From assembly GCA_965207445.1 (NCBI GenBank), contig CBDBLX010000002.1, positions 864,001 through 928,000 on the forward strand: 64,000 bases of DNA, written 5' to 3'. The DNA comes from Nitrosopumilus sp. Lineage in GTDB: Archaea; Thermoproteota; Nitrososphaeria; Nitrososphaerales; Nitrosopumilaceae. Every line of letters begins with the position of its first letter. Position 1 is the first letter of the stretch. Made by a program: the position numbers and the translations under genes. The notes under the pieces were generated by a model. That model ran no database searches, was not told the DNA's origin, and saw nothing but the letters and a program-made list of their open reading frames with translations. Shown here piece after piece: positions 32,287 to 43,290 of this stretch.

Positions 32287-34064
32287 ATATGTGACATCCT
32301 CCGTACATTGAATTCAAGATTTTTCATGTTTTTGACAATCGCGTCATCCAATTTCTTAGATTTTGCCCGCAGTTCACGCCATTGCAATACCAGACGTCCT
32401 ATTTTCTCTTTAAACAGATCTTCATCATCGTGCCGAGATTCGACACCTACACAACGTTCAGGAGTAAGAGCATGCATATGTTCACGAACTTCGTTCAGTG
32501 TAGCACTTTTGCAGAATCCAAGTATGTCGGAATATTTGCCAGCCTGCTTGTCACCACACCAAGCCCGGTACACATTTGACACCTTGTGAATGTCATCATT
32601 CGTAAGCTCACGATGCATACGATCTATCATTGTACCCATTTGGCGTGCGTCAATGAACAATATCTTGTCCTTCCGATCGCCACGTACACGGTCTCTAGAT
32701 AAAAACCACAGACAGGCAGGTATCTGAGTCGAGTAAAACAGCTGGCCGGGCAGGGTGACCATGCAGTCCACCAAGTTTGCTTTTACCAGATTTTTGCGGA
32801 TCTCACCCTCACCAGATTGGTTAGATGACATTGATCCGTTGGCAAATACAAATCCTGCCGCCCCAGAAGGCGCCATGTGATGTACCATATGTTGCACCCA
32901 AGCAAAGTTAGCGTTGCCCTTTGGAGCCCCGTAGACCCAGCGCTTGTCGTCTTGCAGGCGATCCCCGCCCCAATCTGAGACGTTAAAGGGGGGATTGGCC
33001 AAGATAAAATCTGCCTTTAGGTCTGGATGCTGGTCATTGTGAAAACTATCACCGTGTGTGATCCGACTACTGTCTATGCCACGGATGGCTAAGTTCATCT
33101 TTGCTAGCTGCCAAGTGGTATACTTTGATTCTTGGCCATATATTGATATGTCAGACGGAGTTTTTGTTCTATTTCTGTTTTCATTACTGTTAGCGTGAGC
33201 CTGAATGAACTGAACGGACTGGACAAACATTCCAGATGAACCGCAACATGAATCATAGACACGCCCACTATACGGTTGGAACATCTCAACTAGTAATCGA
33301 ACTACACTACTACGCGGAGTGTAAAATTCCCTGCCCTTTTTGCCCTCTGCATTAGCAAATCTAGATAGAAAGTACTCGTAGACTCTGCCTAACACATCCT
33401 TGGATCGAGATTCTTCATCACCGACTCGAATGTTACTAATGAGGCCGATTATCTGACTAAGACGGATCTGGTCCAATGAAGGCCGGGTATAATTCTTGGG
33501 CAAGACATTTTTGATGGCAAGATTCTCTCTTTCAATTGCAACCATGGCACTATCAACTATCTGTCCAATGGTGGGCTGTCGTGCTTGTGCCATGATGTTT
33601 GTCCACCGTCCTTCCGGTGGCATCCAAAAGATATTCTGAGCGCGATACTCATCAGGATGTTCGGGGTCAGCATCTTGAATCGAATCCAGTTTGGAACGAT
33701 ATTCTTCAAATGCATCAGACACATACTTGAGAAAGATTAGCCCCAATACAACATGCTTGTATTTTGTAGCATCCATGATGCCGCGAAAAGCATCGGCCAT
33801 GGACCACATTTTTTCTTCAACTATCTCAGGATCTGCCTCGACCTGCTTTGTTTTTCTAGAGTCTGATCGCCCCTGTTGTACCGTAGTCAAATCTATTATA
33901 CAGACAATATGGGTTGATTTATGTATATTCGACAAAAATGTGATCTTAATATACCCCATCCAACACAGGGGTAAAAAATGCAGACAGGGATAATGTAAGC
34001 GTCCCAATTCGCTTTCTGCCGTCATTCTGAAAAGGGTATTCGCACTCCCATAGGGCCCGTACAC
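32283..34064 (-). CDS. hsdM: Type I restriction-modification methyltransferase subunit, possibly degenerate; true start probably near 33880
   Basis: [27 protein letters not shown] (altered motif I), ANPPF motif IV. Confidence 0.88.
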   Translation of the reverse strand: MYGPYGSANTLFRMTAESELGRLHYPCLHFLPLCWMGYIKITFLSNIHKSTHIVCIIDLTTVQQGRSDSRKTKQVEADPEIVEEKMWSMADAFRGIMDATKYKHVVLGLIFLKYVSDAFEEYRSKLDSIQDADPEHPDEYRAQNIFWMPPEGRWTNIMAQARQPTIGQIVDSAMVAIERENLAIKNVLPKNYTRPSLDQIRLSQIIGLISNIRVGDEESRSKDVLGRVYEYFLSRFANAEGKKGREFYTPRSSVVRLLVEMFQPYSGRVYDSCCGSSGMFVQSVQFIQAHANSNENRNRTKTPSDISIYGQESKYTTWQLAKMNLAIRGIDSSRITHGDSFHNDQHPDLKADFILANPPFNVSDWGGDRLQDDKRWVYGAPKGNANFAWVQHMVHHMAPSGAAGFVFANGSMSSNQSGEGEIRKNLVKANLVDCMVTLPGQLFYSTQIPACLWFLSRDRVRGDRKDKILFIDARQMGTMIDRMHRELTNDDIHKVSNVYRAWCGDKQAGKYSDILGFCKSATLNEVREHMHALTPERCVGVESRHDDEDLFKEKIGRLVLQWRELRAKSKKLDDAIVKNMKNLEFNVRRMSHI

Positions 34065-34581
34065 CTTTAGACCTGCCCTGTCATGTTGTGGTCCGAATCC
34101 TTTTTTGCCGTCTTCTGTTGCTGCCGCTCTAGCACGACCTTGCCGTTTGGTAGCACATCTACGAACCTACATCCCTGTGTAATGCGACACTCGACTTGTC
34201 TGTGTCTGCGACTAGTTGGCCATTGCAGATTGGTCCTTTATTTTGCCGGTGCCCTGTAGCATCTAGCACAAGGCCAAGCTGTTCTGGCGTCGCCGCCGCG
34301 TCAAGTACTGTCTGGGACTGCCGCTTGTTCTTCACCAGTACAGAATCCGCGGTGTCGGACTGGTCCAGAAACCCTTCTGAGCATGCAAACGCGTCATGCA
34401 TCTTATCGAATAGCACGTCCGGTATGACGCCCTTGTTTGTCGTGTATTTGGCCTCCATCGTCTACTTGTATCCCATAATAAACATACAAAAGTCGTGTGC
34501 CACCTTGCCCTTGGATTCTGCGATGAGCAGTTGGGCATCAAAGTACGGCCAGAGTACGTACAGACTTCAGTCAAACCTTTC

Positions 34582-34696
34582 TATTCATATTAAAAACAGA
34601 TGTAACATTTTTAAAATACAATATTTTTACATATGATCTTTTCAGGCATAAAGTCGTGTAAAATTGACGTACATGAACTTGTACTCGTCGTTATAG
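34582..34696 (-). repeat. 115-bp inverted repeat, right copy
   Basis: See 28050-28164. Confidence 0.92.
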
Positions 34697-34784
34697 ATGG
34701 TTAACGCGTCGCTTTCTATAATTATCGCACTATTGCTTTCTATTATCTGAGTTGTTCTAATCACATGTTACCAAATTATAATTG

Positions 34785-36020
34785 TCACTTGAATTTTTCA
34801 CTTACAAGTCTAAAGAGTTGTTTTGCTGCCATGCTTGGCTTTCGTGCTGCCATCTTGGCAATTTCATACATTCCGAATTCTGCTTTGATAAACGTGACAA
34901 ATTCATTTGTGGTCATATCTTTGATAATGTCAAGCTCACTATCCCATTGCTTGTCTGTAAGATTTATCCATCTATCTTGAACCTTGCCTGCTGATTTTAT
35001 TCGCGATTCAATTGCATTTCTCCATGCATTTTCATAATGAATCATGTCGTACTTGGATGTCTGTCCTGTTAATGCAGCAGTGGCCGCTGTTGCACCTGCC
35101 ATGCGGCCAAATCGTATTGCATATCGTATACCCTCTAGTACCAATGGGTTTGCTTGACCAGCAGAGTCACCTACTAGTATCATGTTATCGTACACTGTTT
35201 CCCTCACAAGTCCATCATTTGGAATCAACCCATAGTGAAATTCAGTTGTGGTAATATTACCTAGTGATGCAATTGGTCCCTTTTTCTTTGCTATAAGTTG
35301 TTTTAATATGGTGGTAGGATCTGCATCTGATTCAGGTTTACCTACACCCACACCTATCCTGACTGTATTTTTTCCTGTTGGAAATATCCATGCATATCCT
35401 GCTGGTGAGTATTCTTGGCCTACCATGAGCCACCATGTGTCTGGTTTGACACTTTCAACCTCTGCTTCATACTCTGCCCCTGCACCGAATCTATTCCACT
35501 GCCATTTCATACCCATGGCTCTGCATACTGCTGATGAGAATCCACTTGCATCTATGATTACCTTTGCATTGTATGTGCTATCTGGTATTTTTTGTGATTG
35601 ATGTGTCACTTTAACCCCGATAATTCTTTGTTCTACATTTTTTATAACCCCATTTACTGTTGAGCCTGTCATTATAACTGCCCCTGCTTTTTCTGCTTGG
35701 GATGCAAGCCATCTGTATGTTGACCGTACGTCTAGTACTGCTGCTGTGGGTTCTGTGTTGCCTGTTATGGTGACTGTGTTGTTTGGTGACTGAAATGAAA
35801 AGTTTCGAATTGAATTATAACAATTTTGAGGTATGCCAAACTCTTTTACCTCATTTATCCAAGTAACGCCACTTGTTCTGACAGTCTCTGCAATTGTTGA
35901 CTCTTTTTCAAACAAGATTACTTTGGCGCCTTTTGCAGCTGCTGCATATGCTGCTGATGTACCCGCAGGGCCACCACCAACAACTGCAACATCATATTCT
36001 TGTTGTTTTAATGCCAACAC
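34785..36020 (-). CDS. Geranylgeranyl reductase family flavoprotein
   Basis: VVGGGPAG, GYAWIFP, VGDSAG..NPLVLEGI. Confidence 0.9.
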   Translation of the reverse strand: MLALKQQEYDVAVVGGGPAGTSAAYAAAAKGAKVILFEKESTIAETVRTSGVTWINEVKEFGIPQNCYNSIRNFSFQSPNNTVTITGNTEPTAAVLDVRSTYRWLASQAEKAGAVIMTGSTVNGVIKNVEQRIIGVKVTHQSQKIPDSTYNAKVIIDASGFSSAVCRAMGMKWQWNRFGAGAEYEAEVESVKPDTWWLMVGQEYSPAGYAWIFPTGKNTVRIGVGVGKPESDADPTTILKQLIAKKKGPIASLGNITTTEFHYGLIPNDGLVRETVYDNMILVGDSAGQANPLVLEGIRYAIRFGRMAGATAATAALTGQTSKYDMIHYENAWRNAIESRIKSAGKVQDRWINLTDKQWDSELDIIKDMTTNEFVTFIKAEFGMYEIAKMAARKPSMAAKQLFRLVSEKFK

Positions 36021-36092
36021 TATTGTAAATAAAAGTGACTTTATTATATTAAACCGTATGTGTCTGTGTGATTAATTCTTGGTGTGTGTTTT

Positions 36093-36302
36093 TTATTTTT
36101 TAAGCACAGGTGTTCCTGCTGAATCATTTTCTCTTTCTGGATCAAACGTTTCCATATGTTCTGGATCTCTGTGCATATAGCTGTGTGGTTTTCCTACTTG
36201 TTTAGTACAAAATTTTATACATATGTTCTCTTGAACTTTTAGCGTAGTTTCATTCTCATGATATAGACGTTTACCACATTTGGAACATATTAGTTCTGGC
36301 AT
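36093..36302 (-). CDS. Small hypothetical Cys-containing protein
   Basis: 69 aa, CSKC and CxxxC; ATG start with upstream AT-rich promoter-like sequence. Confidence 0.6.
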   Translation of the reverse strand: MPELICSKCGKRLYHENETTLKVQENICIKFCTKQVGKPHSYMHRDPEHMETFDPERENDSAGTPVLKK

Positions 36303-36491
36303 GAATTGATTTGATATTGAATCTATTTAGATGTTTCAAGCTTTAAATTTTTGACCAACCGGTAGAGAAATAAATATATAAACATATATACTAATTTTTG
36401 TTAGTTTGATTATATAATCATTGTAATCTTCATTTCCAATCGTATATAATTACTATATTGGCATCTTTTTATAATGAATGATATACATGTA

Positions 36492-36587
36492 ATGTCGTTT
36501 TTAATGTGGTCTGCGATCACCGGTGCCATTTTGTTTGCAACAAGGTTTGCATATGTGGCTTACTCAAATCGTCACAAAATACACTAG
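36492..36587 (+). CDS. Possible 31-aa single-TM peptide (MSFLMWSAITGAILFATRFAYVAYSNRHKIH)
   Basis: Hydrophobic ORF with ttttataa about 20-25 nt upstream; below the ORF-track cutoff. Confidence 0.35.
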   Translation: MSFLMWSAITGAILFATRFAYVAYSNRHKIH

Positions 36588-36765
36588 ATGATTAATCGTA
36601 TCAATATTTGTAGCGACGGGCATAAGTTTCTGTACGGTGAATTTTTGTGATTTCGTGCCTGAAATAATCGCACCACTAGTCTACAATCTGTCTAATTCTG
36701 TGATCTTATTTTTAATTACACAGTGCGGTAGATTTGTCATGACAAGTAACTATTATGTTTTAATT

Positions 36766-36846
36766 GTAACCGTTCAACCCTCGTGCCTGCGCCAAACGTT
36801 AGTCGATAAATCCATGCCTAATTTTTGGAAGGGGTTCCACGATTAC
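36766..36846 (+). mobile_element. MITE family A with diverged right end
   Basis: gtaaccgttcaaccc ... ggggttccacgattac, 81 bp. Confidence 0.85.
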
Positions 36847-36932
36847 CATTCCACGATTACCATTCCACGATTACCATTCCACGATTACCATTCCACGATT
36901 ACCATTCCACGATTACCATTCCACGATTACCA
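36835..36932. repeat. 14-bp tandem repeat ttccacgattacca x7
   Basis: Direct reading; the unit spans the MITE right end. Confidence 0.95.
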
Positions 36933-37144
36933 TTAAACGATATTGTAGATTATTTAAATAAAATCATATAAAACACATTGCGAACTACTGATGTATTATC
37001 AATTTTTATTTTTGAGACATTTGGGTTAACTGTGCTGGTGACTATACAAAATACATATTTAATATATTAATTTTTAATTATCGTGTTGTACCATATTGTG
37101 TGGTTGAAACTCTCACATCATCATAAATTCATTTTTACATCCTT

Positions 37145-38098
37145 TCATGTCTTACTCTCTTTTTTTTCAACATGTCTAATTATTCCAGTATAATCCAATT
37201 GACCATACCCATTTACTAATGCATTTGCGTATTGCTCTTCTGCCTTTGATATCATTGCTAGTTCCAGACCACGTGCTGCTGCAGTCTCTGTTATGATCTT
37301 GATATCTTTTCTAAGATTTTCAAGTGTAAATGTTGGATTTTGATCTCCTGCGATCATACTGTATGCTTTTTTGCGACTCATTCCTGTACTAAAATACGTG
37401 TTATTTAATACCTCTAGGAATATTTTTGGATCTACACCTGACTCTTTTACTAGTGTTATACCTTCTGCAAGTGAGAGTGCAAGCATTGTTATTTGCATAT
37501 TCATTGCGAGTTTGACTATATTTGCAGTACCTGCCCCTTGACCTAGAAACATTACTTTTTGCGATATTTCATCTAGTATTTTTTTGCATGACTCGAATGT
37601 TTTTTTGTCACCTGATACCATTGCAACAAGATTTCCTGCGCTTGCAGCATCTGGGCCTCCCATGACTGGGGCATCTATTTTGATTATGTGGTGTTTCTTG
37701 TATTGAGATGTAATCTCTTTTGAGTCTGCAGGGTTGATGGTGCTAATATCAATTATGATCGGTTTTTTGGGTTTGTTGTGTGAGCCTGCTATGATGGTAT
37801 TATTATCGGTCTCTCCAAATGAAACACTTTTGACTGCATTTCCATCTTTTAACACGATTATAATTATGTCTGATCTCTTTGCAATATCTGCTGGTGTTTT
37901 TAATACCGTTGCACCTGCTGACTCTGATTCATTGGTTTTTTGTATGGTTCTATTATACACTGATATGTCATAGTTTTTGTTCTTTGCAAGTTTAATTGCA
38001 ATTGCACCTCCGAGCATGCCTGTACCTATGATACCTATTTTGGTGCGGTTTTTTGTCACGTTTTTCTGCATATCTCGTAAACTATCTTCTCTCTTCAT
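37145..38098 (-). CDS. NAD(P)-dependent beta-hydroxyacid dehydrogenase family protein
   Basis: IIGTGMLG, DAPVMGG, KLAMN. Confidence 0.9.
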   Translation of the reverse strand: MKREDSLRDMQKNVTKNRTKIGIIGTGMLGGAIAIKLAKNKNYDISVYNRTIQKTNESESAGATVLKTPADIAKRSDIIIIVLKDGNAVKSVSFGETDNNTIIAGSHNKPKKPIIIDISTINPADSKEITSQYKKHHIIKIDAPVMGGPDAASAGNLVAMVSGDKKTFESCKKILDEISQKVMFLGQGAGTANIVKLAMNMQITMLALSLAEGITLVKESGVDPKIFLEVLNNTYFSTGMSRKKAYSMIAGDQNPTFTLENLRKDIKIITETAAARGLELAMISKAEEQYANALVNGYGQLDYTGIIRHVEKKESKT

Positions 38099-38489
38099 CT
38101 TTTACACTCCATTGATTGTTTCCGAATCTTGGTGCAACAAATTCAATCTGTCCGATTACTCTGTCTCCACTCTTTACCTTTGCATAATCGAATTTTTCCA
38201 TCCTGAACACTCGCTCTTTTGGTTTGTATCCTCCTTCGATCACTTTGACTTTAAACCTCTTACTTGCCCTCGTAATTAATTTTCTTGCTACTTGTACATC
38301 TCCGATCCATGAAAACATCTCAAATCTACCAAAGTTTTTAGTTGCAACACTATACCCGTATAATCTTGCTTGCAGATTTGTTTTTTTACTCTTTGCTTGT
38401 TCATTTAACCAATTTATTACCTCTTGACCATTTCCCTCCTCTACCCCAAATGTCTCTGATTCTTTCATGTATGTAATGCGACTGTACAC
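38082..38489 (-). CDS. Hypothetical protein
   Basis: 135-aa ORF with host-like composition, co-oriented with neighbour. Confidence 0.75.
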   Translation of the reverse strand: MYSRITYMKESETFGVEEGNGQEVINWLNEQAKSKKTNLQARLYGYSVATKNFGRFEMFSWIGDVQVARKLITRASKRFKVKVIEGGYKPKERVFRMEKFDYAKVKSGDRVIGQIEFVAPRFGNNQWSVKDEERR

Positions 38490-38729
38490 AATAATATTGA
38501 TTTCCTTGTATCCTTTGCACCTTGAAACTGTTTATGTTTTTTGTATTTGAGATTTATTTGAGTGTGAGTTATGATTGATACAAATCACGTAATTTGAATT
38601 TGTTTACTTTGTGTGTGATACTTGAGATTGTAATTTATGCGATGAGCAATATTATTGATATTTTATGATCAACTCTTTGTTTGTCACATTTTTACTAAAA
38701 TTAAAATAAAGTTGCATAAAACATGAGTC

Positions 38730-39128
38730 ATGCTTGTGGTTGATTGTAAGGATGTGCTATCAATTCGTAACGAACTACTTGTATATGTCTCAGACCAAGT
38801 GGCTGCAATTCCAACATTACAAAATAACCAATTTACATTGTCTATGCTTGATGAGGAGGAAGATGGTGGTGGCCAGATAGATGTCGATGTGGTCGTTGCT
38901 GCAATCAGAGAATTTTTAGAGTCAATAGGTGAGGGTAGAAATTTTGCTGTGATTACAAATGACAACACAGTTACTATTGCATCTGTGAATGGCAAGTCTA
39001 TTGATCCTGACACATCTACAAAAGTGCGTTCACCTGCACAAGATTCTATGTTTACTTGTACTCATTGTGGATTTGTTACACCATATGAGGTGGAACTCAA
39101 TGTTCATATGCGAATACATTATATTTAA
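38730..39128 (+). CDS. C2H2 zinc finger protein
   Basis: CTHC-x12-HMRIH at the C-terminus. Confidence 0.8.
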   Translation: MLVVDCKDVLSIRNELLVYVSDQVAAIPTLQNNQFTLSMLDEEEDGGGQIDVDVVVAAIREFLESIGEGRNFAVITNDNTVTIASVNGKSIDPDTSTKVRSPAQDSMFTCTHCGFVTPYEVELNVHMRIHYI

Positions 39129-39225
39129 GACTTGATGTATGCATATTTTTATATGTTTAAATTTTTACAGTTAAAAATAAATATTCATATTAATCTTTTA
39201 TAAACCAGACATACTATTACAATAT

Positions 39226-39432
39226 GTGATAAATTCTGAGAATCATGGTACATCAAAAGTGCACTGTGCCATATGTGATCGAGTATTTGACTCTCGTGCT
39301 CAATACACGCAACATGTTTTACATGTTCATTCACATAATATTGGCAGTAACCATGATAATGGTGCATCATGCGACTCTTGTCCACTTGATATTGCCATAT
39401 CAAAACTATTGGGGTTATTCAAACGAAAATAA
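39226..39432 (+). CDS. Small C2H2 zinc finger protein
   Basis: CAIC...F...HVLHVH plus CDSCP. Confidence 0.65.
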   Translation: MINSENHGTSKVHCAICDRVFDSRAQYTQHVLHVHSHNIGSNHDNGASCDSCPLDIAISKLLGLFKRK

Positions 39433-39497
39433 TATCTAATTAGCAATTGTGATAAATCTGGCAAGTCTTTTTATAATGACCATCTTAACTTTTACAT

Positions 39498-40193
39498 GTG
39501 GTAAACAAATCTCTAATTGCAATTGTAGCAATTGCAGCAATTACTGCTACCATTATAGTATCTGCTGCTGCTGTGGGTAATCAAAACAGTATGATGGATG
39601 GTGGGACGAGTGTTGCAGCAGTAGAGTATCCTAATCGTATCTATGGTGGCATAAACACTGGAAATGGCTCTCCGTTGTTAGGCGACCCAACTGCTCCAAT
39701 TACAATAATAGAATTTGGCGATTATCAATGCCATTTTTGTGAGATATGGCATGCCCAAACACTTCCATCAATAAAATCAAACTATATTGAAGATGGTAGT
39801 GTGAATTTGATATTTGTAGACTATGCATTTTTGGGCAAGGACTCACCACAAGCGGCCCATGCCACATATTGCGCGCATGAACAAGGCATGTATTGGGCGT
39901 ATCATGATATGCTATATGACTCTCAGCAGAATAAAATTGATGGTGGTTGGGCATCTGCTGAAAACCTTGACCGATTTGCAGCACAACTAAATCTCGACAC
40001 AACTGAATTTTCAATATGTATGTCTTCTGGCAAATATGATGATCGTATATCATACAACAGACAGATCGGATCAAGCCATGGTATAGATGCAACTCCTGCA
40101 TTTTTCATTGTAGGTCCTGATGGTGTTCCAACAATGATCTCTGGTGCTCAACCATATTCTACATTTGTGCGTGTGTTGAACTCTTTGGGCTGA
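39498..40193 (+). CDS. DsbA-family thioredoxin-fold protein
   Basis: GDPTAPITIIEFGDYQCHFC, ATPAF, GAQP. Confidence 0.92.
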   Translation: MVNKSLIAIVAIAAITATIIVSAAAVGNQNSMMDGGTSVAAVEYPNRIYGGINTGNGSPLLGDPTAPITIIEFGDYQCHFCEIWHAQTLPSIKSNYIEDGSVNLIFVDYAFLGKDSPQAAHATYCAHEQGMYWAYHDMLYDSQQNKIDGGWASAENLDRFAAQLNLDTTEFSICMSSGKYDDRISYNRQIGSSHGIDATPAFFIVGPDGVPTMISGAQPYSTFVRVLNSLG

Positions 40194-40669
40194 TGGCCTT
40201 GATGCATCTTGTGTTCTCTGATGTCAGATTTGTCATCATGGCAGTATGTATATTTTCAATTATGACATTTTCCCTCTTGATAATGTCAGAGTATATATTT
40301 TTGGAGCCATTTGTTGTGGGACATGTGCCACAAGGAACAGAACTTGGTTTTACACTTGTTATTGCAATATCTGTTTTGTCTAGTATAGTGATTCCTGCAA
40401 ATATATTTCGTGTATCTGTTTTACATCGCTCAAAACAAAAGATGAGTGGTGGATTTGCAGGCTCGATAATTGGATCAATTGCTGGTGCCTGTAGCTGTGG
40501 CCCTGTTGGATTTGCAGTGATATCTACGTTTGGTACAGTGGGTGCTACTGCCACTGCATTTTTAACATCATATGAGATACCACTTCGTTTTGTTGCAATT
40601 GCAATTTTATTGATTGCACTTTTGTCTACTTACAAATCAATTAACATAGAGTGTAAGATACAACAATAA
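40193..40669 (+). CDS. Membrane protein with CSC motif, coupled to the DsbA gene
   Basis: Several TM segments; start overlaps the DsbA stop. Confidence 0.75.
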   Translation: MALMHLVFSDVRFVIMAVCIFSIMTFSLLIMSEYIFLEPFVVGHVPQGTELGFTLVIAISVLSSIVIPANIFRVSVLHRSKQKMSGGFAGSIIGSIAGACSCGPVGFAVISTFGTVGATATAFLTSYEIPLRFVAIAILLIALLSTYKSINIECKIQQ

Positions 40670-40942
40670 ATCTGCTCAACTTTAGAAAACAAATTATCTA
40701 GGATTTTTTTTGAATTATTAATACAAGTGGCATTTAATTAAAATTTCATTTAATGTGAAGATTTTAAAATCAAGCAATTACAATACTTTAATTTAATTAA
40801 GATGGTATAATTAATTGCTATGTGGGATTTAGTAAGAGTTTGTTGACTTTTATTTCATGTTTTTACTCTATCTGCTTTTGATAATTACTGGTTATGTGAA
40901 TTTTTGATGTAATTTATTTATGCGACTAAAGTTAGCCGAAAT

Positions 40943-41893
40943 ATGCAAAACTGGAGTTTGATTGCTGGTGCAATTTTGGTGGCAAGCCCTATACTATTTG
41001 CAGTCTTGGCTTATCCTGAATCTGTTGCATGGAGCTGGAATGAGGGCAGAGGTGGATATCTGTTTGGGTTGATATTTGTAGTTGCCGAGTTAATCGGATT
41101 AAAGTTATCCATACCAAAGAATCGATTGTATGCTGTAATTCCTCTAGCAGGAGCAGTTATCATTTACTTGTATATGTTGGAAAATGGGTTACGCGAGCAG
41201 ATAACTACTGCTGGATCGCAGTTTAATGTTCAGTTGATATATTCGTGGACTTGGATGTGGGACTTTGTTATAATGGCACTGTTCATGATAGTTGCACTGT
41301 ATGTGTTGTTTGGATGGCGATGGATTCGTATTGCACCTGCGGGCCCGATATTTCTTTCTGGCACTGCTATAATTTTATCACTTGATGCATTCTTTCCTTA
41401 TGATACGTTGGGACCGTTGCAGTATGTGGTGCCATATTTGGTGCAAGCAAATGTCTGGTTGATTGATGTATTTGATCTGGGTACTGCAATTGCACGTGAC
41501 AATTTGATGCTTTTGCGCGGTGAACATGGCTCTATTGCGCTACGTGTGTTTTGGCCTTCTGCTGGTGTACATAGCATTATAATATTCTCACTTGTGATCG
41601 GTGCCTTTATGCTCAAATTAAATATCCCTAGAATGCGAAAATTAGCATACTTTGGAATTGGGATAGTTGGAACCATTATAGTAAACATGATACGTATATT
41701 TTCACTTTCATGGTATGCATTAAAGGTGACTGCGGATCCTGTTGCATGGGAAGAGTATCATAAAATTGCCGGTGAGATAATGTTCTTACCTTGGCTATTT
41801 GCATTTATCCTTGTGGTTGTATTGATAGAGTCAAGACGTCTTAAGAAGATAGATGCACAAAAGAACCAGAATTTAGAGTCTTCATTATCATAA
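40943..41893 (+). CDS. artG: Thaumarchaeosortase (exosortase/archaeosortase family)
   Basis: WNEGRGG, VFWPSAGVHS, VNMIRI, EEYH motifs; multi-TM. Confidence 0.85.
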   Translation: MQNWSLIAGAILVASPILFAVLAYPESVAWSWNEGRGGYLFGLIFVVAELIGLKLSIPKNRLYAVIPLAGAVIIYLYMLENGLREQITTAGSQFNVQLIYSWTWMWDFVIMALFMIVALYVLFGWRWIRIAPAGPIFLSGTAIILSLDAFFPYDTLGPLQYVVPYLVQANVWLIDVFDLGTAIARDNLMLLRGEHGSIALRVFWPSAGVHSIIIFSLVIGAFMLKLNIPRMRKLAYFGIGIVGTIIVNMIRIFSLSWYALKVTADPVAWEEYHKIAGEIMFLPWLFAFILVVVLIESRRLKKIDAQKNQNLESSLS

Positions 41894-41899
41894 CTAGAA

Positions 41900-42997
41900 T
41901 TAAAAAAAACTTGTAATGTCACTTTGCCCTTTTACATCTGAGAGTTCTGTGACTCTAATACCGATTCTGCGAATTGGCATCTGTTGTGTTTTTAGCATCT
42001 CTTTTAGCAGATAATCTGCACACTTTTGTAATTCTATTATATTTGCAGTGGAATTTTTGAGCATCTTTGATTTTGATTTTGCTGTGAGATCCGATTGTAT
42101 TATCTGTATACTTACTGATTTGAATGTTTGATTGCTATCGATAACTGTATTGTGTACATCTAAGCATATTTTGTTTAGATTATCTTTTAAAAATTCATAG
42201 TCTTTGGAATCTTCACTTAGTGTGGTAATGCGACCATGTTGTAAACGCGGTTCTTTCTTCTTTACTGGCTCATTATTTATGCCTCTGGCTGCATTGTAAA
42301 TATATGTGCCATTTTTTTTCCCAAACTCTTTTGTAAACAAAAACAGATCTGGTTTTCGAAGATCGCTTATGGTTTTAAAATTTAATTCTAATAAACGATG
42401 TTCTGTCTTTTTTCCAATGTATGGTATGTCTCTTATTTTTAGTGGTTCTAGAAATGTGTCTATCTGTTCTGGCTTGACGACTGTAAGTCCGTCTGGTTTT
42501 TTAAAATCCGATGCAATTTTTGATATCATACGATTTGGTGATATGCCAATTGAACACCCTATCTTTGTTTTAATCTTTACTGCATATTTGATCTGTTGTG
42601 CTAGTTTTGCTGCCTTTTGAAAATCATGTTCGATTCGCTTACTTACATCCAAGTATGCTTCATCCCGACCTACATACTCAAACACATCTGCAAATGCACT
42701 TATCACATTCATGGACTCTTCTGATATTTGTGTATAGTAATCAAAATCTACTGGAATGAACTCTGCATCGTCTATTACACTATTGAGTTTTCGCTTTGCA
42801 AACGTTATGGGCATGCCTGATTTAACACCGTATTTTCTTGCAACATAATTTGCAGTTGCAATGGCACCACTGTCATTACCTCTATCAGAATACACACATA
42901 CACATACGGGTTTTGTTTTTAATAGTGGATTACGTATTTCTTCGCATTGTGCATAAAAATAATCAAAATCAACATGCATTACAACTCGTGATTTCAT
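41900..42997 (-). CDS. dinB: Y-family DNA polymerase IV
   Basis: HVDFDYFYAQCE, ATANYVAR, DEAYLD, SKIASD.KKPDG; start moved to 42997. Confidence 0.95.
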   Translation of the reverse strand: MKSRVVMHVDFDYFYAQCEEIRNPLLKTKPVCVCVYSDRGNDSGAIATANYVARKYGVKSGMPITFAKRKLNSVIDDAEFIPVDFDYYTQISEESMNVISAFADVFEYVGRDEAYLDVSKRIEHDFQKAAKLAQQIKYAVKIKTKIGCSIGISPNRMISKIASDFKKPDGLTVVKPEQIDTFLEPLKIRDIPYIGKKTEHRLLELNFKTISDLRKPDLFLFTKEFGKKNGTYIYNAARGINNEPVKKKEPRLQHGRITTLSEDSKDYEFLKDNLNKICLDVHNTVIDSNQTFKSVSIQIIQSDLTAKSKSKMLKNSTANIIELQKCADYLLKEMLKTQQMPIRRIGIRVTELSDVKGQSDITSFF

Positions 42998-43044
42998 GAT
43001 ATACGTTGTGTATGACACTTTTATTTTTTTGTAGTGTATGTGTT

Positions 43045-43100
43045 TTAATACATGCTTATTTAATACATGCTTATTTGATACATGTTTATTTAATACATGC
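43045..43100. repeat. 15-bp tandem repeat ttaatacatgcttat, about 3.7 copies, upstream of dinB
   Basis: Direct reading. Confidence 0.85.
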
Positions 43101-43290
43101 AACTTTTACATCATATTTTGTGTACAAACACACTCTCTTTGCTAAATTATATGCATTGTGACACATCTATTGATTTCTTGGGTAAGGTGGTGGTGATGGT
43201 ACATGAAAGAAAATAAAGACCGAACAACTACTCTTTAGTGTTGATTGTATTTTTAGTTTAGTCTAAATACTATGTGGTGTATTTGTACTT

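Noticed and set aside
34159..34574. Short ORFs at the island's right end as a mobilising enzyme
   Set aside because: No recombinase, transposase or Cas1 motif recognised; probably a pseudogene fragment.
28050..34696. Casposon call
   Set aside because: No cas1, polB or TSD visible; only the long inverted repeats are supported.
36637..36936. 99-aa ORF with HDYHSTITIPRLPF repeats
   Set aside because: Read-through of the MITE and the 14-bp repeat.
42998..43102. N-terminal HVLNK extension of DinB
   Set aside because: An upstream 15-bp repeat that happens to be in frame; the conserved start is at 42997.
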